Assembly: GCA_963737905.1 (NCBI GenBank)
Contig: CAVTUQ010000011.1
Location: forward strand, 32,001-96,000
Reading direction: 5' to 3'
DNA from: an uncultured delta proteobacterium
GTDB lineage: Bacteria > Desulfobacterota > Binatia > UBA9968
Length of the DNA: 64,000 bases
Numbering within the stretch: the stretch's first letter is position 1; every line of letters begins with the position of its first letter. The notes under the pieces are model-generated. The model was given only the letters and a program-made list of their open reading frames with translations, ran no database searches and was not told the origin of the DNA. This document shows, piece by piece, positions 39,598-49,131 of this stretch. Both the position numbers and the translations under genes were made by a program.

Positions 39598-40593
39598 ATG
39601 TCGCGCGATATCCTCGTATTGGTGGAACACTTGGCCGGTAAAGTCGATTCGCTGTCGTCCCAGCTGCTGGCTATCGGTCAGCGGCTCGCCGCAGAAACGA
39701 AAGGTGAGTTGGTGGCTGCGGCCATCGGACATCAGATGGAGAATATCGTTGATGCGCTCCAGCACCATGGACCCGATAGAATTCTTGTCGTCGACGATCC
39801 CGCACTAACTTTGGCCGGCGCGGAAGTGCAGGCGTATGTCTTTGCCGAACTCGCGCGGCAGTTAGATCCCCGCTTGGTGCTCATCGGCTACAGCCTCGTC
39901 GGAATGGAGTTGACTCCGGCCATCGCAAGCAAACTTGGGATGAACGCGCTGACCAATTGCGTGAATATAGAGCTTTGTGACGGTGCAGTGAAAGTGACGC
40001 GGCCATTGTTTGACGGCACAATGCACGCGCAGATTTCCCTGGAAGCGAACGCTACCGCTGTGGTAGCCCTGCAAAAGGGGTCGGCTCCTGGAAAAACGCC
40101 ACAGGCTAAACAGACTCTCGTGCAATCGATAACAATAGACGTCAATACTATTCCCTGTCGCAGCCGCGTGCTAGAAATCACCGAAGAGCCCAAGGGTGAT
40201 GTCGATCTTACCAAGGCGGAAATCATCGTCGCCGTCGGTCGGGGGATCGGCGACAAAGAAAAAATCCACTTCACGGCGGAACTGGCCGAGGCTCTCGGCG
40301 CGACTCTAGCCTGCTCCCGGCCCGTAGTAGACGTCGGATGGCTGCCCCGCGAGCGGCAGGTGGGGGCTTCCGGGAAAAGCGTAGCACCGAAAGTTTACGT
40401 TGCCTGTGGCATTTCAGGTGCCATTCAGCATTTAACCGGTATGAGAGACTCGAAGCGGATCATCGCCATCAACAAGGACCCGAACGCTCCGATCTTTCAG
40501 GTGGCCCATATCGGCGTGGTTGGCGATTTGTTTGAAATCGTCCCGGCTCTGACTAACGCGGCTCGGGAGGCCAGACAACCTAAAACGCACTAG
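39598..40593 (+). CDS. etfA: Electron transfer flavoprotein, alpha subunit
   Basis: AVGRGIG, SRPVVDVGW, QVGASGK, GISGAIQH and INKDPNAPIF. ATG at 39598. Confidence 0.95.
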   Translation: MSRDILVLVEHLAGKVDSLSSQLLAIGQRLAAETKGELVAAAIGHQMENIVDALQHHGPDRILVVDDPALTLAGAEVQAYVFAELARQLDPRLVLIGYSLVGMELTPAIASKLGMNALTNCVNIELCDGAVKVTRPLFDGTMHAQISLEANATAVVALQKGSAPGKTPQAKQTLVQSITIDVNTIPCRSRVLEITEEPKGDVDLTKAEIIVAVGRGIGDKEKIHFTAELAEALGATLACSRPVVDVGWLPRERQVGASGKSVAPKVYVACGISGAIQHLTGMRDSKRIIAINKDPNAPIFQVAHIGVVGDLFEIVPALTNAAREARQPKTH

Positions 40594-40668
40594 ACTGGAG
40601 GTGTGAATTCAAAATATTGAGTGCTGAGGCAGCACGATTTTGGTGCAATTAAGAACCCGAATACAGTC

Positions 40669-40830
40669 CTATCTTCGTAGGGCATAGCGCAGCTCAAGCT
40701 CCGAGATGTTCCCCGGGCTATTGAGAGACGCCCAGCTTGTGCCTTTCGGTATAGGATCTGCCGAAATCAACGAAACTAACGATATGAGAACGAAAAGACT
40801 GGCTAAAAGTGCGGTCGTTATATCCTTCAT
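40669..40830 (-). CDS. Putative small secreted peptide (53 aa)
   Basis: GAGGGGG RBS. MKDITTALLASLFVLISLVSLISA resembles a signal peptide and is followed by 29 residues. Confidence 0.45.
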   Translation of the reverse strand: MKDITTALLASLFVLISLVSLISADPIPKGTSWASLNSPGNISELELRYALRR

Positions 40831-40992
40831 AGAAGCCCCCCTCAGCTTCCCCGGTATATACTGACCTTTTAGACGTTGGCTTAATAAAAAGGTTAACGGA
40901 CTTCGATTGCTACTAAAATTCCAGCCCACAACCCAAATCCGCCACAAGTTCGGCTTGATACTTTACAGCGTCCCCCGACCCGGTACGGGAAA

Positions 40993-41868
40993 TCAATAGT
41001 CAAAGCTCGACGAGACCTTTCGAGAAGTCGGCGATCCATTGACGGTACGGGACTGCTGCAGCGCGGACCTGGTTTTGGGCCCTAACATTCCGTCCACAGG
41101 GCCTGGATCAAAACCGGCCGCTCTGAGCTGCGTCTGGAGAATCCGGATTTCATCTCTACTGGGAGAGTTGTCTGCTGCTGTGTCTAGTTTATCGGCATCA
41201 TCCCTACCGGCCTCTCTGGTTTGAGCAGCTTTGGATGGCGCGGGCTGAATCTGCTTTTCGGATGCGGGAACTAAACTCGGCATTCTGTCTGACGTTTGAA
41301 CTTGATTCTCCAGAGTCGCCGGCAAGTCCTTGACCGTCGTGCATCCCGATTGAAAACGGAGTAGCGCGGCCTTCGTTTTGAAACCCATGACCCCGTCGAC
41401 GGGTCCTACATCGAAACCGGCGTCCTTCAGACGCACCTGGATCAGCCGGACCTCGTCTCTGTTAGAAACTTTATCCACCGACGTTTGCATCTCCCCCGAT
41501 TGCGGTAAGATTTCGCCTGTTGAATTTTCAAAAAGATCCTTCAAGTTCGTGCATCCTGATTGCAACCGGCGCAGTGCCGCGATGGTTTTAGCTCCCAATG
41601 CTCCATCCACAGGTCCGGGATCGAACCCGGCCGCTTTCAGCTGTGCTTGCATCAACTTTATTTCCTGTTTGCTCAGAGTTTTTTTAGCTGCGCCAGCGAG
41701 TTCATTTCTCGCTGGTTCTACGGGCGCTGGCGCGCTCGATTCGGCCGGTGATATTTCGGCAGTTGGAAGCGTCGGTATTTCCGCCACCTGAGAATCGTTG
41801 TCTTCGGTCACAGTCGCACACGCCGACAGAAAAACGAAAAACACCACAGTAGATAAGGTCCTGGCCAT
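40993..41868 (-). CDS. Lipoprotein with three peptidoglycan-binding repeats
   Basis: Lipobox LSAC and three Q..L..AGFD.GPVDG..G.KT repeats. ATG 41868 has a GAGGAG RBS. Confidence 0.88.
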   Translation of the reverse strand: MARTLSTVVFFVFLSACATVTEDNDSQVAEIPTLPTAEISPAESSAPAPVEPARNELAGAAKKTLSKQEIKLMQAQLKAAGFDPGPVDGALGAKTIAALRRLQSGCTNLKDLFENSTGEILPQSGEMQTSVDKVSNRDEVRLIQVRLKDAGFDVGPVDGVMGFKTKAALLRFQSGCTTVKDLPATLENQVQTSDRMPSLVPASEKQIQPAPSKAAQTREAGRDDADKLDTAADNSPSRDEIRILQTQLRAAGFDPGPVDGMLGPKTRSALQQSRTVNGSPTSRKVSSSFDY

Positions 41869-41904
41869 GAAATTCTCCTCTTTTATCTGCATCCGCCAAC
41901 AAGA

Positions 41905-41920
41905 AGCAAGTGACATGCCG
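41905..41920 (-). promoter_or_regulatory. Sigma54 -24/-12 promoter
   Basis: CGGCATGTCACTTGCT on the minus strand, about 37 bp upstream of 41868. Confidence 0.62.
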
Positions 41921-42182
41921 GTTACAAGCAAGAAAAAAGACTTTGCAAAATAGCAACTTGAGGGGTTGCCGGGAGTCGAGCTCTTGCCAACGACGACAGA
42001 CTTGTCGGCAAATGACACTAAATGGTTCGCTTCAAAGCGCTGTGGTGGAGTGACGGTAGATATCTCCCTCGTCTCGCACCTTTTTGAAAGTCAAACATTA
42101 CGTTGGCGCGAGCAAAAAGCACGACAAGCCCATCCGGGCCTTGCCAAAACGTGTCAGCCTCGTCGCGTCGATTTTAGGTCGA

Positions 42183-44675
42183 CTAACGTTTGAACAGCTG
42201 GTCTAGCCCTTTGCGGATGAGTTCTTCTGTGGAATTTTTCTTTTTTTCCCTCTTCTGATCCGAAAGCGGTGGTTGCGGCCCGGTCTCCCCCGAAGGGGCG
42301 GACCGTTCCTTGCCCAGAAGTCTTTGTTGAAGCTCCTCGGCTCCTTTACGCATGAAACCGCGCTGGACCATCTTACCTAAGTAACTGGCGTCTGGTCTGG
42401 CTTTTAGATTAGGGAGGGTGCCGGTCAGGGCAAAAGGCACTTCGAACTGGTTTTGATTGTTGAACATATAAGTCACTTCCCGAGCGGAGCGTCCCAGGTC
42501 TGCCGATAAGCTTTGGGAAAGAACCAGTGCCGCCTGGAAATCCGCCCGCTTTTCAAAATCCACCCAACCATTTCCCTGTACTGTATAGTCGGCGGCCGCT
42601 ATGCGCAGATCTTTGATGTTCATCCGCGCATCCGCCAGATCAAACAGCCCCCTCAGTTCTTTGAATTTCGTATCCTTGGCCTCGAAGGTCTCGGGATACT
42701 TCTTTCGTACCTGCGGATTGATCAAAGACGTAAGACCTGGGATGCCAGTAATACTGGAGAGGACGCTATCAGCAACGTTAAAATCGAGCAGCGCCCCCTG
42801 CAATACCTCTGCTTGGCCTTGACCGCGCAGACTTGCTTTGATGTCATTCCAGTCTTTTCCGCTCCCGGAAATCTTCATGTCAGCGTTGAGCCGTCCCTGG
42901 ATATTGCGGCTGCGCTTTGGATCCAAAGAACGATACAATTCACCGAGGTCGAGACCCTGCGCTTTTGATGCGGCAGAGAAACGCGGCGTGGGATTATTAA
43001 ACGCATACTCTCCGTCGCCTTGTACCGAGCCGTTGAGAGCAGTGACACGTAGATTTCGAAGGCTCGCGATTTTCTTCTCGAGGACGAGGTTCGTCCCAAG
43101 GTCCTTGTAATTGATCTTGTAGAGCGTTCCCAGGGCGGAGGCGAGCTTTCCCCGAAATGTAAGCGCCCCGTCTTGAGCGCTCAAGGTTCCCTCGCTGCTC
43201 AGGTTCTTGATCACATCCGCCTTCCGATCTTCGGGTAAAGACGCTTGAAAGTCCGCCGGCCATATCTCTGGAGTTGAAAGCCTATAGGTAAACGTGAGAG
43301 GCGAAAAGCGATCGATCTCCGCCGCCAGGCGGATGCGCGAGTTCCCCAAGCTCAGGGTAGTATCTTTAAGCACAGCCTTCTGGCCGGTAAAGTCGATCCT
43401 GGTATCTAGATCTTTGATGGGCTTTGGAAACTGGGGTGGTTTGGCACTGACTCCGGAGAGAGTCAGGGTGCCCTGGATCTGTGGCATCGCCCCCTTCCCT
43501 AGCTTTCCCTGGACGTTAGTCTTCTGGATCTCTAAATTCCCTGAAAGTTGATAGTCCGCAAGAAGCGGAATTATTTTCTCCCAACCGTCCAGAGAGAAAC
43601 GGTTGGAAGCGAGCGAGAGATTCAGCACTGGAATATCTCCGAGGCTGATATCTCCATTGCCAGTCAGCTCCATGGTATTCAGTTTCGCTTTCATTTGTCC
43701 CAAGCGAAGCAGGCCGTTTTTTTCGTATTGGGCATCTGCAGAAACGACGAATGGAATTCCTCGAGCTTTGCCCAGAGTCTTGCCTACGTTCAGTGCTGCG
43801 CCAGTCCCGTCTAAAGCGCCTTTTAGGGAAAGTTTCTTCATGGTGCCCTTTAGCCGTAGGTCCTTGACTGTCAACATTCCCGACAGATCCATGTCTTTAG
43901 GCAACGCCGCCCTCACGGCGGGCAAGGTCGACTGCAACTTGCCGAAGTCCAGTGATTCGATATCGACTTTGCCGTCCACAGGAACATCACTGAAGTCGGT
44001 CTGCGAGCCGACGGGTCCAATCAAAGCCTGCAGCTTGAAATTCTGCTTTTCAGAGAACACAGCGGCCGCCAGCTCCGCGGAGAAAGGCCGCTTCAGATCG
44101 AAATCTTTCACTTTGAAATCGATCTGATTCGCGCGAAAATCGGTCCCTGCTTTTTGATCCAGATAGTGTACCTCTCCGCCGGAGACATCGACCATCGCGA
44201 TCAATAGAGCCGGCGAGGCCTTCTGCTCTTTTTCCTTTTCGGCCTTGCCCGGCTCTTTCTGTTTTTCCTTATTGTCCTTATTGTCCTGGCCGATGGTGGA
44301 GAAGTTGAACCTGCCTTCTTTATTTCGAATGACTTGGATAATCGGTTTGTGCAGGATCAACCGCTTGACTTGAAAATCCTTACGCAAGAGAGGCAGTAGC
44401 TTTACGTTGATCTGAAGATCTTCGGCGTGAACAAAATGACTCGATGAGAAGGACGGGTCGTCGGACATGGTAAAGTTACTGAGCGTTAGTCCGACACCAC
44501 CCCATAATGTCACTCCCACGTCGCCTACCGACACCTTGCGTCCCAACGCGCGCTCTGCCTGGCCGAGAAAATAGTCTTTATTTCGATTGATCAGCGAGTT
44601 CAGGTTCAGCAGAGCCAGAACCACGACAGCACAAAATGCAAACAAGACGGCGCCCATTACAATCCACTTGCGCAT
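42183..44675 (-). CDS. AsmA family protein
   Basis: N-terminal membrane anchor, ERALGRKV...LLPLLRKDFQVKRLIL, and a long beta-rich body. Confidence 0.85.
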   Translation of the reverse strand: MRKWIVMGAVLFAFCAVVVLALLNLNSLINRNKDYFLGQAERALGRKVSVGDVGVTLWGGVGLTLSNFTMSDDPSFSSSHFVHAEDLQINVKLLPLLRKDFQVKRLILHKPIIQVIRNKEGRFNFSTIGQDNKDNKEKQKEPGKAEKEKEQKASPALLIAMVDVSGGEVHYLDQKAGTDFRANQIDFKVKDFDLKRPFSAELAAAVFSEKQNFKLQALIGPVGSQTDFSDVPVDGKVDIESLDFGKLQSTLPAVRAALPKDMDLSGMLTVKDLRLKGTMKKLSLKGALDGTGAALNVGKTLGKARGIPFVVSADAQYEKNGLLRLGQMKAKLNTMELTGNGDISLGDIPVLNLSLASNRFSLDGWEKIIPLLADYQLSGNLEIQKTNVQGKLGKGAMPQIQGTLTLSGVSAKPPQFPKPIKDLDTRIDFTGQKAVLKDTTLSLGNSRIRLAAEIDRFSPLTFTYRLSTPEIWPADFQASLPEDRKADVIKNLSSEGTLSAQDGALTFRGKLASALGTLYKINYKDLGTNLVLEKKIASLRNLRVTALNGSVQGDGEYAFNNPTPRFSAASKAQGLDLGELYRSLDPKRSRNIQGRLNADMKISGSGKDWNDIKASLRGQGQAEVLQGALLDFNVADSVLSSITGIPGLTSLINPQVRKKYPETFEAKDTKFKELRGLFDLADARMNIKDLRIAAADYTVQGNGWVDFEKRADFQAALVLSQSLSADLGRSAREVTYMFNNQNQFEVPFALTGTLPNLKARPDASYLGKMVQRGFMRKGAEELQQRLLGKERSAPSGETGPQPPLSDQKREKKKNSTEELIRKGLDQLFKR

Positions 44676-44976
44676 GCGATATCTCTCCCGTGCAGGAAAC
44701 GTTGATCTCGACCACTTTCAGCCCGGAGTGTGAACCGGCTAGAGGAATGAGAGCGGTCGTGTGGTCCAATTTCCATTTTAGTCGAAAGACACCCCTGAGT
44801 GAAGAGGAGAAGCTCGCGCCGAATAAAATAAACTTCCGTGAATGCAGGCATGCTTGCCAAATCAAGTTTTCTCCTTTATGAGATGGCTTGCCTTCATAAA
44901 CCGGCAATCCGGAGACCTCTGTTTATGACTTTCAAAAACGCATCCTGTTTTTGCGCTTGGGGTTCGGTACTTGGTC

Positions 44977-45669
44977 ATGAGTAACGCGGAAATCACGGTA
45001 CTCAGCGCGGGCGCGGTTCAACCCGGGATGGTCAATGTCACTCACGCGTTCCGCCGTGACACCGGCTGCGACGTAAAGGTCACTTTCGCCACTGCCCCGG
45101 TGATTCTTAAACGCATCGGCATCGCTGAAACCCCGGATGTCGTCATCGCGCCGCCGGCTATATTGGACGATTGGGTCAAAGCTGGCAAAGCGGCTCAAAG
45201 CGATCGGGTCACAGTTGGCCGGATTGGAGTGGGGGTGATGGTTCGCGACGACGCCAGTCGACCGAAGATTGCCACCGTCGATGAGTTCAAACAATCTCTC
45301 CTCAGTGCCGAATCGGTAGTTTACAATCAGGCGTCAACCGGGATCTATCTAGAAAGGCTATTCGAGCGCCTGGGAATCATGGAACAACTGAAAGCCAAGA
45401 CGACGCGTTATCCGGACGCCGCAGCCGTGCTCGAGCACATTCGCAAAGGCAAGGGCAACGAAATCGGCCTCGGTGCGATCACCGTCATCATCGAAGGCGA
45501 ACGCAAAGGACTCAAATTCGTCGGCCCTCTACCACCAGAGATTCAGAACTACACGACTTATGCCGCTACTATTACCGCGACATCTCTTTCGGATGCGGCG
45601 CGAGAGTTTGTCCGCTACCTCACCGGGCCTGCGGCACAAAAAACATTCGCCGCAGCAGGCATCGAATAA
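44977..45669 (+). CDS. ModA-like substrate-binding domain protein
   Basis: ITVLSAGAV, ASTGIYL and VGPLPPEIQNYTTY. No clear signal peptide and no adjacent permease. Confidence 0.8.
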   Translation: MSNAEITVLSAGAVQPGMVNVTHAFRRDTGCDVKVTFATAPVILKRIGIAETPDVVIAPPAILDDWVKAGKAAQSDRVTVGRIGVGVMVRDDASRPKIATVDEFKQSLLSAESVVYNQASTGIYLERLFERLGIMEQLKAKTTRYPDAAAVLEHIRKGKGNEIGLGAITVIIEGERKGLKFVGPLPPEIQNYTTYAATITATSLSDAAREFVRYLTGPAAQKTFAAAGIE

Positions 45670-45794
45670 AAGTGGAGAAGAGATATGCCGATTTTTTCCC
45701 GGAAAGGGTGAGAAACCACCTGGAGGACAAATCTACTCGGGTAAGGCTTCCGGCGGCAAAATTCGCCGCGCAGATCCTCAACTGGCGCGAAAAG

Positions 45795-45905
45795 AGTTCA
45801 AATTGTTCCAGTCGTTGAAATCTTTCAAACCGTCGGACCAGAGAGCAGTGCAGGACCCGTGAATCAAACATTCGGGCCTTTGAACGTTTTTGAACGGCTT
45901 GAACT
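45795..45905. repeat. Inverted array of ~9-bp units (GTTCAAnnn / TTGAAC) between convergent genes
   Basis: gttcaaatt gttccagtc gttgaaatc tttcaaacc ... ttgaacgttt ttgaacggc ttgaact. Confidence 0.7.
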
Positions 45906-45906
45906 A

Positions 45907-47034
45907 TTATAGATTCGGCATCTCGCAGGGCACTCCTGTTTTCTTCATTTCACCTTCGTAGTGTTTCCGGATATGCGGATCCTCGTCGCCGTACTCTATC
46001 AATGTGCCGCCGCGCTTCACGTCAATATAGACTCCGTCTTCACTTCGCTTGTCGGCAATCTTAAAGCCGATGGGATGAATTCGGCTGCCATAACGAATCG
46101 CCAGATGGCGCGCGCCTTGCGGCCCGGTATTAAAGTGCTGATGGAACCAACCGCCGGGCGGACAATAGACGCTTCCCTCCTTCCATTTCACCTCCACGAC
46201 TTCCTCGCCGTGACCGGTTTGATAAGGCTGGATTCCCAACTCTTTCGACCAGAGCAGGACATAGCCCGACGACTGCAATCCCAATAAAATCGCCCCCGGG
46301 CCGTGGTAGTGAGCTTTGTGATAACGCCCCGCCGGCCATTGGGCCAGATGGCCGATCAATCCATTGCCCGCCAGCTCGAACTGGGTGATGCGGACTCCCG
46401 CTCCTTTGACCTCTCTCTGATCCAAAGTCGCCGACTGAATGTCCATGATGAAGTTTGTTTCCCAGATGTGCTGCATGCCCGACTCGTAGCGCTTCTGTCC
46501 GACGTTGAAAAACCCGTCGGCACCCGAGTAGCGATCTGAAAAGATATAGGGACAATCAAAAACGAAATCCTGATTGTGAAAGACGTCCATGACTAGAGGG
46601 GCGTTGGTGACAGCCAAAAACTTAACCGGCTGCCGACCGCCGTTGATCAGCCGATGCCAACTATTGAGCGGCGGAGCGAAGAGGCTCCATGGCCCCCACT
46701 CGAACATCTGCTTGCGCCCGCCTTCCTGCCATACTTCCGTAGCTCCCTGTCCGCTCAGGATGCAAATCACCTCTTCGTAAAAATGCTTTTCCGGTTCCAG
46801 CGCGCCACCGGAGGGGATTTCAGCCACGTACATTCCCGTCACTCCCTCCATCCCGTAAAGATTGATCAAGGCCGCCCTCCCTCCGAGCCGTGGCCAATAA
46901 TCCATCTCGACTTCGCGCACGTCTTCAATACCATAGCCATCCACGACAGGGATCCCCTGACGCGCCATCCACTGGAAATAAGCGGTCTTCTGAAACGCAG
47001 CCATTAAGTCTCTCATTCGCTCATTTAGTGACAT
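45907..47034 (-). CDS. Bicupin protein
   Basis: KHFYEE...WHRL and AHYHGPGA...FHQHFNTG. Paralogue of 24834..25874. Confidence 0.85.
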   Translation of the reverse strand: MSLNERMRDLMAAFQKTAYFQWMARQGIPVVDGYGIEDVREVEMDYWPRLGGRAALINLYGMEGVTGMYVAEIPSGGALEPEKHFYEEVICILSGQGATEVWQEGGRKQMFEWGPWSLFAPPLNSWHRLINGGRQPVKFLAVTNAPLVMDVFHNQDFVFDCPYIFSDRYSGADGFFNVGQKRYESGMQHIWETNFIMDIQSATLDQREVKGAGVRITQFELAGNGLIGHLAQWPAGRYHKAHYHGPGAILLGLQSSGYVLLWSKELGIQPYQTGHGEEVVEVKWKEGSVYCPPGGWFHQHFNTGPQGARHLAIRYGSRIHPIGFKIADKRSEDGVYIDVKRGGTLIEYGDEDPHIRKHYEGEMKKTGVPCEMPNL

Positions 47035-47392
47035 AACCCCTCCCTATTCCCGTGAGGCGGCAACCTGTGTTTGCCGTGCATTTTTAACTTCCTTATCCAA
47101 CAACCTTGTTCTTACGTCAACTTCATTAGTATAGCGGTGGGTTTTCTCTTGTTCACGCCTTCTACCCAGACGCCTCACGCTCGTGACTGCGCTTTTTTAC
47201 CTCTTGCTATTGCATAGCGGTACAAATAGAGTCATGTTCTAGATCACCGTCATCAATGAAGGGCAGCACAGTACTATTAGGTGTAACGTCCTTTTTCGTC
47301 TCTTTGCCTGCGTGTCGCACAATAGGTCTTCGAGCTTTACTCCGTCGAGAACTCCGGCAGCCAATCGATTGTTTCATTTCTAACTCGCAGCT

Positions 47393-47830
47393 GTGAAACC
47401 CGCCCTACGAGTAAGGCAAGTTTCTTCGAGAAAGGAGCTAGAGAACGCTTATAGCATTCGCACACGCGTATTTGTAAGAGAGCAAGGTGTCCCGGAGGCG
47501 ATTGAAATGGATCGCGACGACAAGCGCGCGCTTCATTTTCTCGCTTTCGCCGCGGAAAGAGCGGTGGGGACAGCAAGGGTTGTCATGCGTTACCGCAAGG
47601 CAAAGATAGGACGTATGGCGGTGCTAAAAGCCTATCGCGGGAGGGGCATCGGAACGAAGCTTTTAAAGCGAGCCATCGTGATGGCGAAAAAACAGGGCGC
47701 GCTACAGATTTATCTCCACGCTCAAGTTCCCGTGATTGGTTTCTATGAGGCTATGGCCTTTCAATGCGTCGGTCCGGTTTTTAAGGAAGCCGGAATCCCG
47801 CATCGAAAGATGATTTTGGTGCAGCGATGA
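47393..47830 (+). CDS. GNAT N-acetyltransferase (ElaA/YjcF-like)
   Basis: RVFVREQGVP, IGRMAVL..YRGRGIG, LHAQ and EAGIPH. Confidence 0.9.
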   Translation: MKPALRVRQVSSRKELENAYSIRTRVFVREQGVPEAIEMDRDDKRALHFLAFAAERAVGTARVVMRYRKAKIGRMAVLKAYRGRGIGTKLLKRAIVMAKKQGALQIYLHAQVPVIGFYEAMAFQCVGPVFKEAGIPHRKMILVQR

Positions 47831-48096
47831 GCGAAAAAGAATTGACCGTTTTCAGATGTGTCTGCTCTCAAAAGATCGACTTCTCCAGGATTTTTTCATC
47901 CGCTGAATAACTTCTGGTGGCTGGGCAAGCAACGGTTTGCCCAAAGCTTTCAAGCGCGTCGCCGCTCACAGGATTTGGCTCCACTCCGTCAAAACGTCTC
48001 CGGCTTGACCGACCACGTAAATTCTCGTAGTGTCCGGCCAGCCGCTGCGATGAGCGGATCGATCATCCCAAGCCTAGACCCTTTTCAGGAGCGTCT

Positions 48097-49098
48097 GTGA
48101 TGGACTGCGACAAATTCCTTTCTGAGAATAAAACGTTCTGGATCTTGGTAATCAGCACGATCCTGTTGTGCGTTTTCTACAAGTCTGCCGCGGGCGCGGA
48201 TAAAATAACAATGGCGTTCTCGGCGATTGCACCCACTCAGGGGGTGTTATGGGTAGCGGACGTAGGCGGACTTTTTAAGAAGAACGATCTTAGCGCAGAA
48301 ATTATTTATACGCGAGCGGCGATTGAAACGCTGGTGGCGGGGGAAGTTGACTTCGCACAGATGACAGGAGCGCTCATGTCCTCTGCCAGGCTGCAAGGAG
48401 CCGATCCTGTGATGATTGCCGGTGTCCAGGATACTCTGGAGGATCGGCTGATCGTCAGGCCCAACATCAAATCCATGGAGGAACTCAAAGGAAAACGCAT
48501 CGGTGTCTTTCGTTTCGGATCGGCCTCGCATCTGCGCTTGCTATACGTCCTCCCGCGCTATGGTTTGAGCGAGCGGGACGTCACTTTGCTTCAGGTCGGC
48601 GATACTCCGGAACGCCTGATCGCATTATCGGCAGGTTCGATCGATGCTACGCTTCTCTCGCCTCCGGACCACCTCGAGGCGTTGCGCTTGGGCGCGAAGA
48701 TATTGCTCAATCTGCGCGACTTCAAGGTGCCTTTCCAAGGCACGGGTTTGGTGACGACCCAGCGCGTTCTTGTAAGAAAGCGCGATGTCGCAAGACGCGT
48801 TCTTAGATCGTACGTAGAGGCGATCCACCTGGTGAAAACCAATCCCGATATCTCCAAAAAGGCCTTCGCCAAGTACCGCCAGACCAAAGACGACAAACGG
48901 CTGGAAGACGCCTACCAAACTCTCCGTGACATCGTTAAACCCAAGCCCTACCCTTCTATCGATGGTTTTAAAACCATTATTCAAGATGCGAGCGAAAGGA
49001 TTCCCGCTGCAAGGGCTGCCAACCCAAAAGATTTCATTGACGTCACTTTGTTGGAAGAATTGGATCGTTCGGGATATATCGATGCGCTCTATAAATGA
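48097..49098 (+). CDS. ABC transporter substrate-binding protein (NMT1/SsuA-like)
   Basis: Signal peptide, GLFKKNDL, ELKGKRIG and ALSAGSIDA. Confidence 0.85.
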   Translation: MMDCDKFLSENKTFWILVISTILLCVFYKSAAGADKITMAFSAIAPTQGVLWVADVGGLFKKNDLSAEIIYTRAAIETLVAGEVDFAQMTGALMSSARLQGADPVMIAGVQDTLEDRLIVRPNIKSMEELKGKRIGVFRFGSASHLRLLYVLPRYGLSERDVTLLQVGDTPERLIALSAGSIDATLLSPPDHLEALRLGAKILLNLRDFKVPFQGTGLVTTQRVLVRKRDVARRVLRSYVEAIHLVKTNPDISKKAFAKYRQTKDDKRLEDAYQTLRDIVKPKPYPSIDGFKTIIQDASERIPAARAANPKDFIDVTLLEELDRSGYIDALYK

Positions 49099-49131
49099 GG
49101 CTTGGCGGTCCTTGGTTCTCAGGGAGACACA

